A stretch of 64,000 nt of DNA from Phoronis australis (GCA_002633005.1 NMRA01000029.1:105707-169706); one strand, 5' to 3'; shown: positions 14,169 to 26,900, counted from the stretch's first letter. Made by a program: numbers and translations. The notes: generated from the sequence alone by a model not told the origin.

Positions 14169-15262
14169 CATGCGCACACCCAGAGGGGGCTCGGGGGGCT
14201 CAAATGAGTCCCCTTATTTGGCGAAGTGGGCAAAAAGGGCTGCCTCAGAGAAGTAAAAACTCAGAAAAAGTAGAAAAAGAAACAAAAGTCCACTAAAAAG
14301 GCAGGAACTACCTAAATTTGGTGAATGCACAATTCATACCCGTGAACGTCATACCGTGAATAATACGCTTACAAGGAATTCACGCATTTCTAAAGATATG
14401 CGGGAATTTTCACCGCTCGTCCTTCAATGAGGGCGCGGCACCGGAATCGGGTAAAATTGGGATGATATACTCCGTGGATATACAAACGCTGATCAGAATT
14501 AACAATATCACATGGATTCATATTTAACTACGGTAAGTATTCTTTCAATCTCGTTTAACCAGATTTTTGACCAGGAAACAGTTGTTGTGCCCACTTTTCA
14601 TTTTTTATTACTGACAAAGAGCTAGAATAGTTATATAGTCAGTGCCACCAAAATTGTCCAGAGCTTCCAAATTTTCTGTTACCTGTAATGTGGTAAGTTT
14701 AGGGATGGGCTCACAATGAACTTAACTAATTAAGTTTAGCTGGCGATCAAAATCTACCAGTTTTGGTACTTCAAGTTCAAAAAAAGTTAGCAACCCGGTA
14801 AGAAAAAAAAACAAGTGGGCAGAAGCATTGAAAATTAAATAAAGAAAACCAATGTGAAACTTATCGTTCCTTTGGGTGGCCCTTTGTGAAGATAAACACA
14901 AGTTAATCTTTTTAGACATTTTGTAATATTTATAATGTACCAAGTTAAAACTACTCTCTAGAGTTGCAGGCTGTAACTCTGCAAATGTCAGAGAAAGCCA
15001 AAATGGGGGAACTAACAAAAACTATTGTTGAGACAGTAATGCTAGCAATTACCTTTCCACTTCATTAGCTCAGATCTACATCAATACAAAGGGCGTGCTG
15101 AATAGGCATCCTAAAAGTTGTCTGGTGCTTAGGGAATCAGAGTGGTCACCAGTGTAAGCGAGAACTTCTCCACATGTACCCCGTGTTTTATTTTGTTTTA
15201 GTAAAAGGTCCACATTCTCAAAAATTCGAGCCCCCCATTTTTTAGGGTTGGGTGTGGGCTTG
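14169..15262. mobile_element. Non-autonomous DNA transposon with 5-bp TSD (ATGCA)
   Basis: Termini catgcgcacaccc ... gggtgtgggcttg; ATGCA at 14164-14168 and 15263-15267. Shares the subterminal ttttagt.aaaaggtcc.ca...aaaaattcg motif with the 2667 element. Confidence 0.65.
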
Positions 15263-15403
15263 ATGCAAAATATGAAATGATCAAAATTTCATTTGTCCCA
15301 CAGTAAGGTGATACCATGACTTGATTCATGAAATAACTGTAATGGCAACATAATATTACAACTATAATGATTATGATAATGCTAACAGTATTTTTGTCCC
15401 CAG

Positions 15404-15547
15404 GACATGTACCGGTATGCTGTGAAGCACCATAAAAAGACCGCCAAAGACAATGTACAGAATGCTGCTGGCTTAACCCCGCTCACATTAGCGTGTAAGA
15501 TTGGGCGGATAAAGATATTTAATGAAATTACTCTCTTAAGTAATAAG
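15404..15547 (+). CDS. iav: TRPV exon (last ankyrin repeat)
   Basis: ccccAG / |gtaaga; DMYRYAVKHHKKTAKDNVQNAAGLTPLTLACKIGRIKIFNEITLLSNK (GLTPLTLA motif). Confidence 0.93.
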
Positions 15548-15614
15548 GTAAGATATTTTTTGCACTGAAGTCAAATTTCCTGTAAGAAGTGCAATTCTTC
15601 TGTGTTAATGCGCA

Positions 15615-16711
15615 TTTTTATGCGCCCACATATTTATATGTGGACGCATTATGCCGTCATCTCTGTCNNNNNNNNNNNNNNNNNNNNNNNNNNNNNNNNN
15701 NNNNNNNNNNNNNNNNNNNNNNNNNNNNNNNNNNNNNNNNNNNNNNNNNNNNNNNNNNNNNNNNNNNNNNNNNNNNNNNNNNNNNNNNNNNNNNNNNNNN
15801 NNNNNNNNNNNNNNNNNNNNNNNNNNNNNNNNNNNNNNNNNNNNNNNNNNNNNNNNNNNNNNNNNNNNNNNNNNNNNNNNNNNNNNNNNNNNNNNNNNNN
15901 NNNNNNNNNNNNNNNNNNNNNNNNNNNNNNNNNNNNNNNNNNNNNNNNNNNNNNNNNNNNNNNNNNNNNNNNNNNNNNNNNNNNNNNNNNNNNNNNNNNN
16001 NNNNNNNNNNNNNNNNNNNNNNNNNNNNNNNNNNNNNNNNNNNNNNNNNNNNNNNNNNNNNNNNNNNNNNNNNNNNNNNNNNNNNNNNNNNNNNNNNNNN
16101 NNNNNNNNNNNNNNNNNNNNNNNNNNNNNNNNNNNNNNNNNNNNNNNNNNNNNNNNNNNNNNNNNNNNNNNNNNNNNNNNNNNNNNNNNNNNNNNNNNNN
16201 NNNNNNNNNNNNNNNNNNNNNNNNNNNNNNNNNNNNNNNNNNNNNNNNNNNNNNNNNNNNNNNNNNNNNNNNNNNNNNNNNNNNNNNNNNNNNNNNNNNN
16301 NNNNNNNNNNNNNNNNNNNNNNNNNNNNNNNNNNNNNNNNNNNNNNNNNNNNNNNNNNNNNNNNNNNNNNNNNNNNNNNNNNNNNNNNNNNNNNNNNNNN
16401 NNNNNNNNNNNNNNNNNNNNNNNNNNNNNNNNNNNNNNNNNNNNNNNNNNNNNNNNNNNNNNNNNNNNNNNNNNNNNNNNNNNNNNNNNNNNNNNNTGTG
16501 GTGCTTTAAGCAACTGGTGTATAGGATGTGCTTGTATTATGAAGATTACTCACATTTTGCCCCTAGCCTATTGAGGAGACAATGACCATGCCTTTCCATT
16601 TTGCAAAGTATGCCCTCTACTGGCCACTTTATGGTACCAATAAACAACCCTAGAAGGATACTGTATGCGGTGCAATTGTGGGCGCATTTCAACGCTCCGC
16701 GTTGCTCTTGT
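15615..16711 (+). mobile_element. Helentron/DINE-1-type non-autonomous element (HINE), interior lost in an assembly gap
   Basis: 5' ttttatgcgcccacatatttatatgtggacgc hairpin; 3' gtgggcgcat subTIR, caacgctccgcgttg hairpin and ctcttgt. Same ends as the 49182 copy. Confidence 0.7.
15668..16496. other. Assembly gap (other gaps: 39677-39837, 45180-45252, single N at 61539)
   Basis: Run of N. Confidence 1.
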
Positions 16712-16855
16712 TGTTTGAAATTTTAAAGGTTACGTAGGTGGCCTTTTTGTCATTTGATTAAAAGTTGATCTGCCGGAAAAAATGGTAAAATATGACCGAT
16801 TTCGGACAAAAATAATTTTTAAAATTCCCCCTTTCATCATTTTTCAAAAGCTTCT

Positions 16856-17359
16856 AAAGGACCTTTCATACTGACGTTGATGCGTTGATGGTTTGGGGAG
16901 TTGTGGTCAGTATGAACGCTTAACTTTGGTCATGAATCGAAGTTAACAGCTCCATCGCAGTTAGGTGGATTTAACAGCTCAGTGTCGATGCTGCGGTGCA
17001 GTACGAATGGTCAATTTCGGTCCCATCAAAGTTATTGCCAGGTGCCACTGTCATTGTCAACAATTAAAGGGTAGTGTAGTCGCTAATAGTTGCTTATATT
17101 TTGCTCAAATAATCACCAATCGAATTAAAAGTAAGTTTTATGTCAATTAGCACATGTAAATGTTCCCAAATTGTCACATTAAAAAAATTTTAGCGTGCAG
17201 CGCTTTTTTGCAATAACTTCAATGACAACATCGTCACCTGCCATTTACTTTGATTTTCCTTTAGTACCGAAGCCAGTAGTGAATGGTTTAGTTAACTTCT
17301 CAGTTTACATCGACGCTCCGCTTAGACCGGAGTTTAAAGTCAGTATAAAAAAGCCTTCA
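16856..17359. mobile_element. Possible PIF/Harbinger-like MITE
   Basis: Imperfect TIR aaggacctttcatactgac / gtcagtataaaaagcctt. Confidence 0.4.
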
Positions 17360-17960
17360 GATTATTGGGGATGCCCAGAACTTTTCAAAACAGTGTCTGA
17401 TGCTCGCTGTGGTGCACAATTTGAACACGGAAAAACATTAATTTGGTGCTAAATATCCTTTACAGAAAAAATGAGACTGTCGCAATAAAATTTCACTTGT
17501 TGGTCATATTATGACCTGTATTGGTGAGATTTTACCAAACTAGGATCTTTCAATTAATTTTCAATAGAGGAAAATGTCTTCAAGGCATGTCTTAAAAATT
17601 TTGGACCGAAATAAATTGAGATAGAAAATGCACCTTTTGTCTACAGCAATGTAAATAAGATGAAAATTGAAAAGCTTGAAGTATACATGGATAGGGCATG
17701 CACAAGTGTTGCATAGGAATAATATATTACTTTAATTTACATCTTAATTTATATTACTGCTACAATTTTTAATTTTGACCCATTTTATTTAAATTATGTG
17801 CCGTGTGCATGTGAGTGTATGTGGTTTATTTCACTTAGTTTAAACTTTTATGGAATTGTAAAGCATCACTATGATTTTTAGGGTTTAATTAAAAAGTGAA
17901 AAGAATACCTTGAAATTTATTTGAATTTCTGTGTTGACTTGCCGGTTACCATGGTTACAG

Positions 17961-18042
17961 GAATGTTGGCGGTTCTCCAACATCACTTGTTCTGTCTACC
18001 CCCTATTGGGCATCGATACCATTGGTCCTCATGGCACAACAG
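17961..18042 (+). CDS. iav: TRPV exon (membrane-proximal linker)
   Basis: ttacAG / G|gtaatg; ECWRFSNITCSVYPLLGIDTIGPHGTT (W-x-[YF]-SNITCSxYPL motif). Confidence 0.93.
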
Positions 18043-18876
18043 GTAATGGATTTGTGTACTGCTGTGGTATTGCCCGTTACAACAATTAGTATTAGCCTGT
18101 ATGCCTTAGACACTTGTTTATTTTTTTGCAAACAACTCTCATTCAATTTGGTAGATATACTTTGACAGGGATATCGTTCATCCGAGGGTAAGTGCCTGTG
18201 CCTTCTAGTGGGAGGGAAATTTTTTGGGGTAAGGGGAAAATTCTACCTCCCGATCACCATCAATAGCACCCCTCATCCTGTTGAAGGCCCTCATAGGCTC
18301 TGCCTCAAGTAGTCAAAACTAATACTTTGCACTCTTTCAAATTGTCAGCCGTGTGAGTTACAAGTGATTCAAGCCTCAGAGGGGAATTTTCAATCACATG
18401 GCGGAAATTTTTGGGCCTCATCACTACGGGAAATGTTGTGTGATTTTTCATTATTTTTCAGAGGGGAATGGGGCCGATATTCGGCCCCAAAATCGAGGGA
18501 TTGAGGGCCCTGTTTAAATAAATCAACTGCCACTTCCCAGAATATATCATACCCATAATGGGTCAGTCAGGTGTGTATAGCAACCCTGATATTTTGAAAA
18601 CTAGGTTAATCTGCCCCTGCAAAGAGGAGAGCTGATCTTTTTGGGATGTGGGAATTATAGTATGCAATGAAAATTACTAAAACATTGTTTTCAAAGTCTG
18701 AATTCAACATTTTGATGTTCAGTAACTATTTATCTTTCCATTTTCAACCCAAAAAAGTTCATGTACCTGTACATTTCGTGATCGTCTGAGTAAACAAAAT
18801 CTGTATTGATGTCATAAAATGCCATAGGTTTCGCACGTTAATTAACTGACACGATTTACACATTAATTTGATGCAG

Positions 18877-18992
18877 ACTTTAACTCCGCCTTGATGATCA
18901 TTGTCAACGGTGAGAAGGACGAACACTTGGAAATGCTGGAAGGGGGTGTCATTCGACAGTTGCTTGATGAGAAATGGAACTCGTTTGCAAGG
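18877..18992 (+). CDS. iav: TRPV exon (pre-S1)
   Basis: atgcAG / |gtatga; [39 protein letters not shown]. Confidence 0.93.
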
Positions 18993-19644
18993 GTATGAAG
19001 CTAGCTTACTGCGTGCCTGCTCCGTGTTACAATTTGGTTTGAATTTGGTTTTTAATCAATTGCAGTCCAGAAAAAAAACTTTTATGGCATATATGAATTC
19101 AGTTCAGACGGACCTGATTAAAATCGCTTGTTCGTCATTTTTAAGACATATTACATCTCCTTTGTTCCTGTTTGCTATTGAAGAATCCAAAATGTCTTCA
19201 AGGATTTCAACCCATCATGAAATGCTGAATCCAATTCAACACAAGCTGTCTTAACAGCCATGCAAAGACTAAACCCACATTTGGCCAGTTCAGGCACCTC
19301 TGGTACTTTCAAAAAAAAACAATTCCTGTTATTCTTCTTAAGATATTAACTTTTGTCATCAGGTGTGTTAATTCACACAATTACCCATGATAAACACACT
19401 GGAAACTACCCTGAATTATTGTGTACTAGAAAATCCACATCCAATGTGCCACTTAATTGATTCTGCCAAGGATACAACACAACTAGACAAATTAGTACTC
19501 GGGGTCATAAATCAGATGTTAGAAGTAGGGTCTGGTACAGTAACCAAGTGTTACCCAGGAGTTCTCAGTTACTCCTGCAGCAGCAAAATCAAAACTCATC
19601 AGTTGCGTCATATTGTTAATCGATGATGTGTTCTTATTCGACAG

Positions 19645-19785
19645 AGACATTTCTTCCGCCGTCTTGCTTTGACTACAGCCCACATGACACTGATGACGAT
19701 TGCCGTCTACACAAGACCTAGAGATGCCTTGGACCCTGCCCACCCAGAAAAGTATCTGTTAGAGAGGACAGACGAAATAAGTATT
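19645..19785 (+). CDS. iav: TRPV exon (S1)
   Basis: cgacAG / |gtaagt; RHFFRRLALTTAHMTLMTIAVYTRPRDALDPAHPEKYLLERTDEISI; phase 0-0. Confidence 0.88.
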
Positions 19786-20510
19786 GTAAGTGGATCTGCA
19801 ACAGTGTTTCATATTAGACAAATACTCTAAATTTTTGAAAACCAACCCCATGCAGGTAACAGCTAGGCAGCGCTGATCTCAGCTTTGCTCAGTTTTTACA
19901 ATTCGCTTAATGGCCGAACTTTCCATCAATGATTTGTCATTTTCATTACTTGCGTAGTACAATATCTTCCAGTATGGAGACAATCTCTAAAATATTGTGG
20001 AATTGAATTTTCTTTATTCTGAATATTGAGATGTATGCGAATTCGGCATTCACATTATTTCTCGAATATTTGGTAATATAAGTTTTGTATCAACAGATTC
20101 GGAAATAAACTGCAAATTTCATAAAGTTGTCAAAAATGGCCGCACATGCAACATTTTTGTACGTCTTGAAAGTGTGTAACAAAGACTTTGAGTACGATCG
20201 TTTGCCATTGATTGTAATTCTTTAATTCAGTGGTAAATGAGGTTTACAAGTGGCAGTTTTATGAATTCAATCACTACTGTTCAGTGTATAGTACAAACCA
20301 AAAGTTATTCAAATAAAATGATCGGTAATTCCCCCTTAAAGATGACTGGGCAGAGGCCGTGCACTATCGGAGTATAGTCTGCCCTCATAACCGACAATGA
20401 CCAGGGAAGTTTGCCAATTTGATGATTACTACCAGTCATTTTTGTTGTTAACAAAATTAGCCATCATGGCAGGGAAACTGTATTTGTCTGTTTACTTTTA
20501 TTTGTCTTTC

Positions 20511-20760
20511 TCTACATGTCTTGCACTACATGTGTTGCACTACATGTCTTGTACTACATGTGTTGCACTACTTCTCTTGCACTACATGTCTTGCACTTCA
20601 TGTCTTACACTACTTGTCTTGCACTACATGTGTTGCACTACTTTTCTTGCACTACTTTTCTTGCACTACTTGTCTTGCACTACTTGTCTTGCACTACTTG
20701 TCTTGCACTACTTGTCTTGCACTATTTGTCTTGCACTTCTTGTCTTGCACTACTTGTTTT
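20511..20760. repeat. 14-bp minisatellite (gcactacttgtctt)
   Basis: About 17-18 slightly degenerate tandem units. Confidence 0.9.
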
Positions 20761-21279
20761 GTTACATTTAATGTTTATAACTAGCTTTTCTCAATTTAGT
20801 TTAGAGCAGGTACGGGTCTCTTTGAATCACACAATATGCCATGCAAAGCTGCACTTCATCCTGTGTGTAGCTGGTAAAAGAGAATCAAATAAGTCTAATA
20901 ATATTCTGTGATAGGATTCTCTTTCTGCCAGCAACGAGAACTAACATGAGCACCATTCGTGATTGAAGAAAATGTTTCAGACTTTATTGGCCTACGAAAC
21001 AGTGTGAAGTGCAGCTTTCAATATGTTCATAGAAAATTAAATTTGGTGACGTGAAGTTGCGCTGTCATTTTGTTAGTGCATTTACAAAATTCAACTTTTA
21101 AACGTATGAATTCAGTATTGTATTATTAGTTTAAAAAAATTGGTTTTGTGTTGATGAGCATCCTTTGAACTAAGTTTTTACTGATTTGGACCGTGTTCAA
21201 ATTCATTTCATAATGCTTTTAAATAAGCTGATGTGAAAAGCGTATCTTTAATAAACAATTCGTCATTCCGTCCCTACAG

Positions 21280-21387
21280 TTGCGTTATGTCTGTGAGGTA
21301 ATAGTGACCGGTGGAAGTTTTTGGACTTTTGTTCTCCAGTTCGTTGAGGTGAAATCTGTGGGACTCCTTCGGTTCATCAAAAATCTC
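21280..21387 (+). CDS. iav: TRPV exon (S2)
   Basis: ctacAG / CTC|gtaagt; LRYVCEVIVTGGSFWTFVLQFVEVKSVGLLRFIKNL. The donor is the first unit of the 18-bp minisatellite. Confidence 0.9.
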
Positions 21388-21927
21388 GTAAGTAGCATCA
21401 TACTTGTAAGTAGCATCATACTTGTAAGTAGCATCATACTTGTAAGTAGCATCATACTTGTAAGTAGCATCATACTTGTAAGTAGCATCATACTTGTAAG
21501 TAGCATCATACTTGTAAGTAGCATCATACTTGTAAGTAGCATCATACTTGTAAGTAGCATCATACTTGTAAGTAGCATCATACTTGTAAGTAGCATCATA
21601 CTTGTAAGTAGCATCATACTTGTAAGTAGCATCATACTTGTAAGTAGCATCATACTTGTAAGTAGCATCATACTTGTAAGTAGCATCATACTTGTAAGTA
21701 GCATCATACTTGTAAGTAGCATCATACTTGTAAGTAGCATCATACTTGTAAGTAGCATCATACTTGTAAGTAGCATCATACTTGTAAGTAGCATCATACT
21801 TGTAAGTAGCATCATACTTGTAAGTAGCATCATACTTGTAAGTAGCATCATACTTGTAAGTAGCATCATACTTGTAAGTAGCATCATACTTGTAAGTAGC
21901 ATCATACTTGTAAGTAGCATCATACTT
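21388..21927 (+). repeat. Perfect 18-bp minisatellite x30 (GTAAGTAGCATCATACTT) starting at a splice donor
   Basis: 540 bp = 30 identical units as read; the first unit is the intron's GTAAGT. Confidence 0.97.
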
Positions 21928-22285
21928 TCTCTGCTATTTACACGTCATAAGTGTTCTTAAAGTCTATTGTAAAGATGTTTACTTGTAAAAATGTTTGCTT
22001 CGCAGCCCTTGGTGACTTATTAAGTACACGATGTGTGGCAGAGAAGTGAAAATTGTCATCTTTATAAACAAAATGCTACATTACAAAAATTCTGTCATGG
22101 TTCGTATTGCACAATTGTAATCAAAAAGTGCTAATTAGAGTTAGAATGTTTCAAGCAAAATAGTCAACCTTTTAAAAAATAAAAATGCCAGTTGTGCAAA
22201 GTGCAAAATAATTGAAGAATTAACATAATTTATTTATGGAAAGTTTACCTAGAACAGTCCCTCATTAGCCTATTCTTTGTTTCAG

Positions 22286-22437
22286 AAAAATGCCCCTGCC
22301 AAAGCGATATTCATGGTCGCGAGTATCATGATTCTCATGTGCGTGCCGTTCCGGTTTCTAAACATGCCCCTGGTTGAAGAGTCCCTTTTAGCTCTGGCGA
22401 TTCCTGGGACATGGTCCTTCTATTTATTCTATGCAAA
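22286..22437 (+). CDS. iav: TRPV exon (S3-S4)
   Basis: tttcAG / AA|gtgagt; KNAPAKAIFMVASIMILMCVPFRFLNMPLVEESLLALAIPGTWSFYLFYA; ends in phase 2. Confidence 0.92.
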
Positions 22438-23823
22438 GTGAGTATTTCTAAGACTGAAAAAGTTTACCTTCTGTTTCAGAATATGGCAGGTAGCTCAAAC
22501 CTTTGTTTTTTTAAAGCCTATCTTCAACGGTAAGACATGTGAATTTGGTTCCTACAGTATGTTTAGAGCATCGCTCTGAGCCCACTAGTGCCATAAATTG
22601 CCAAATGTAACGAACTGTTAGGTGTATTGGCTTGCTTTTGTCTACGTCACCGTGAGAAACACCTTTTAACTCAAACAGCTGCGAATAACACCCGCACGCA
22701 ATGGTGTTCTATTCAGACCCTATTCAATACAACTTTTTGTTGTTTGTGCTGGGATCTCACTGACGGTGACGCGACATGGCACGAAAAGGGAGCTTCACTT
22801 ATCATTTGATGGACTTACACTTGCGTGATTGAATCTGGCGTTTTCTTATTTTGCTAAGGCTTTGCTAGGACTATCTGGTTACCCTAATACATCTAAAGTA
22901 ACAAAATTCTGTTGAAGGTAGACTTTAAATCTCTGAGCTAATATTTGAAATGGCTTACAATGTGCTCATGATTTGAGCACAGTACAAATTGTAACATTTT
23001 GATGTGTTCAAAGGCTCATCACACAGATAGACGAGGTAAAAAACTGTCACTTTAATGTAAAGTTGTGCCCACAGAGGTCTCTTAATTCTATCTGTAGGAA
23101 CAACAATGCTGATGGAACCGGAACTCAATATATTTATCTCTAACTCTAAAGAGCTATAATACTACAATATCAAGCATAGAATTTTTTTTAAAAATCTTAA
23201 TGCAGTTTCAGGAGTTTAAAGCTGATCCATTGATACACTAGAGCATTGCAGATATTAAAATTTCACCTAGCGTCAAAGAAACTACGCTTTGACTTAGATC
23301 GAGAGCTGCTGTGAAACAGGTCTGATCTTGTTGCCTACTCATCATAATAAGTGACTTCTGGGAACTTAAAGGTAGAGAACTAGCTTTAGTACTTTGTACA
23401 TCATCATTGGTGCATAAAATAACAACACTGCCATTGGCCAATATTTTGAGCACATTTTTAATAGCAAAATATCATCCTGGAAGTGGCATCTTTAATGAAG
23501 GACTTAAAGTTGAGACCAGTTTTAGTTACAGTTGGAGGCTAAATTGAAGTAAATTAAAGGAAGTGGATTTTTAGCCACTTTAAATGTCAGCTCTAATAAT
23601 TCCATATCAGTTGAACTCCTTCCTGCAAAAAAGTCATGCCTCCTTTGTCAACAAGACAGCCTTCTTGCAGCAATTTACGTGTTTGTGTTCAGTGAAATGA
23701 GCAGTAAAATTGTTGGTACATTTGAAGACGAGCAGTATAGCATGGAACACTCAGTTGTGGCCACATGATTGTTTATTTTGTGTTGTGCTTGCTTCCACCA
23801 CTTGTTCTAATGATTTGTTACAG

Positions 23824-23933
23824 GAGTGTGCCAGGCTTCGGGCCTTATGTACAGATGATGTACCTTCAGATGTCTCAAGACATGTTAAAATTTGGCATAA
23901 TACTCTTTGTGTTCTATCTCCAGTTTATGGGAG
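23824..23933 (+). CDS. iav: TRPV alternative (putative mutually exclusive) exon, divergent S4-S5 linker/S5
   Basis: ctaat branch-like site, ttacAG acceptor, G|gttcgt donor; 110 nt, phase 2-1. Encodes SVPGFGPYVQMMYLQMSQDMLKFGIILFVFYLQFMG, 14/36 identical without gaps to exon 27183-27292. Confidence 0.75.
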
Positions 23934-26900
23934 GTTCGTCAGTGTGTGTGTGTGTGCGTGTGTCTATCAGTCTCCAATTTTGACGACACTGAGCCCTCGA
24001 TCGTCACCTCTGTGTATAATCACCATGTTGGCATTATGGGTACTAATTATAATCTTTTGTTGAAATATGCGTCCTTAACTAAAACGGACACAAAGGGCAT
24101 CTCCAACCGCAACAACATTATCGACAATGGGCTGTGAGACACTATTGAAAAATTAATATTGGAAACACAAGATGGTGGTAATACATTCGGCTTTTAATTT
24201 CTACTATGGAATAGAACTATTACAGGTGTAGAGACTGAGCGAGCAGGTGTGGTGTGCTGTGGTGTGTGTGCACTAATAGATAACACTTATATGTAGTCCA
24301 GAGCTTGTCTCCAGCTGGGTTAATCCCATAAGAGAGATATATGGTGTGGCATGCCCTCAGAGAGATGATCTTTCATGTCTAGTTTCTCTATTTGGCAAAA
24401 TTTCAGCTACGAAAAAGTGCCTTTTCCACATACTTCGCTACAAAAGAAATTCAAAACTCCCCAAAGGGTAATCAGTTATGATGAACTATACTCGAATGTA
24501 CAGAAGATTTTCAATATTACCAAACTTTTGTTGTGAAAGATACATTACCCATTTTGACAACAATTGTAGGCTACAACGCATTTAAGTCAGGAACAAAACC
24601 CCAGTTCTCGACAGATTGGTCCTTCTCCAATCTCTAAGTGGGTGGGTTAGCACTAATTTTCTAGCTGCACCCTGCTCATCAAACATACAATCAAGTACCC
24701 CGGGGTTACCCACTTAGGCCTGTCACCACCAAAGGGGCTGAAAGAGCAGTGGCACCAAAACCATTAATGGCCAAAACCAAAAAACAAAAAACACTAGCCT
24801 TTAAGTTCATTCATTTCAGGTAAGGTATGGTGTTTTTTTATTTTGAGAAGTTGCACATCAGGCACGTAAGCATGCTTTTTGCAAATTGCCACGATTTGCC
24901 ACATGACGGCGTTTTCCCATTCAGTGACTTTACCAGACGCAGAATTTGGTGAGCACATGATAACGTCTAGCTTCTTTGTTAACTGCCAACCACAGTCTTT
25001 TGTCTGGTATGACAACAGAGAGACCAATTATCTACCAGGCTAATTACAAACCACCTGTGAACACAGTCAAACCCAGAGTGAATTGGTACATTCGGAAAGA
25101 ATAGATTGTCGTAACTTTGGTTGGTTATAATTGGGCAATTTTGGCAATTCAAAAACTAAACATGATCACCATTTGACGAGGATTTCATAAATGCTATTGG
25201 TTTATGTTCAAATATGTTATAACTTAACTTTTATTTTTAAAACCACAGCCCAGTCAGGCTATAGATACGATATTACTGGAGATAAGAGCAATTATCGAAC
25301 AAAAGAAAGCTGGCCCTCCCGGCCAACCATGAATGCCAGAATAGAGTTAACCAGTCGTGTAAGATATTGGCTACATGGGTCATCTTCCCAACTTGTTGTT
25401 GGGCTGTAGAATCGAACAAGTTGGGAGTAACGGGAAAACGCCATAATGAAGCAAGGAGTAAAACCAACTCCTGCATCATTTTTGTACTTCTCGAGTGAAG
25501 TTTATTTTTTGAAAAAGTTACAACTGCGTCACCGAAAGATTTAAACCGTCTATGCGTTTTTGCCTCACAAGCAATTTAATTTAATTTTCTGGCATCTGGC
25601 TCAAGTGTGCTTGCAGTGGCTTTAAATCTTGCGGGTAATAATTTCACTCCATTTCACTTTCGATACATTAATAAGCACAAAAAACTTCAATTGTGCTGCT
25701 TTCAGTTTGGAAGATTCCCAGAATTCCAAGTAGTTTGGTGCAGAACTATTCTGAAACATTTCAGTGGTCTTTATCCGATGTTATGTCACAAATGAGAGAC
25801 ACGCCTTAGTGCAGCAGGTGGTCACATGTCTCGTCATGCCTTCTGGATATAGGTTCTGTACTACATACTAGACAGATTTCCAAGTAAAAACTAAATAATT
25901 ACTAATCATGTATTAAGTTCTGTTTTATTTTCAGCACTGAATAACTGAACTTAGTTTTAAAGAGTATAGTCAACTCGTGCTGTGGTATCCTCATGAGGCC
26001 CTAAACAAGTACCGAGATGTAGCCAAAAACCTAACTTTTGATTTAAGCCACTTAAATTAAATCTCAACAATTCCAGACAACTACAATTGCTAAACTGATT
26101 TTCCCTTTTCAAAGGGCTCTAACATTGCTGTAAATACCCAGTTTCTCAAAATATCTGGTGTTAGCTATGACATAGAATCTAAAAATGATAAGCAATTATT
26201 TGGTGCTAGAAACCTCTTCTATGAAAAAATGAAGAAAAACATATGTCTGCTAAATTATTTTCTAAATTGGACGTATTTTATTTTACTTTAATCAAACTGG
26301 TTTCAGTTTCAGTTCATTTCTCAGGTTAGAGGTGATGACTGAGCTGTACAAAAGTGACATTGATGCTTGAAATCAGTACAAGTTTGTTGGCTTTATTGTT
26401 CTTCCCTAGCTCAGAAATCCCTTCTGGGCGAGCTGTTTCTTGGAGGGTGTGTTGTCTTTCAGCTAAAAGCCAGTCTATGGATGTCTTAACCTCTTTTACA
26501 TAAGCAGGCTAAGGTTAAAGGTCAGACAACCTGTCTGCAACTAAAAGCAAAAAGACAGAAATCTCGCTTTAGCCCATTTGGGAGAAGGGCTAATAGTCAA
26601 AAGACAAACAAAATCAACTTTTGGGTCTAGACTCTTTAAGAAACAGTTACCTGAACTACCTAATCTACGGTACTACAAGTTGAAACCACTTTAATAGTGT
26701 TGGAAGTCTGGTACAATAAAGCAGCTTAATTTAATTGTCCTATTACATTGGAATTCAAAATCCAAACACTCTGGCAATTTGATGGCAAACTTTCTACATC
26801 TGTCATTTAACCAGAAATGCAGGGTTGAATTATCCATTAAGCTATGAGTGTTGGGGCAACTACACAAACCAGTGGTCCCACATGGCTTATTATTGGAGAA

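Noticed and set aside
15589-16585. Long ORFs of 300+ aa
   Set aside because: Artefacts of translation through the N gap.
20397-20911. Cys/Leu-rich ORFs resembling membrane or metal-binding peptides
   Set aside because: Translation of a 14-bp minisatellite; all three frames give the same pattern.
21388-21927. CRISPR array, or stand-alone VSSIIL / MMLLTS repeat proteins (ORFs 21280-21960 + and 21285-21923 -)
   Set aside because: There are no spacers and the context is eukaryotic. The ORFs are a real exon reading into a stop-free minisatellite and its antisense.
22480-22489. Possible 10-nt microexon (ttcAG aatatggcag GT) after the S4 exon
   Set aside because: The upstream intron would be only 42 nt and inclusion breaks the frame.
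23824-23933. Interpretation as a remnant of a separate tandem TRPV paralogue
   Set aside because: I found no other duplicated TRPV exon nearby. The single copy sits in the position and phase expected of an alternative exon.
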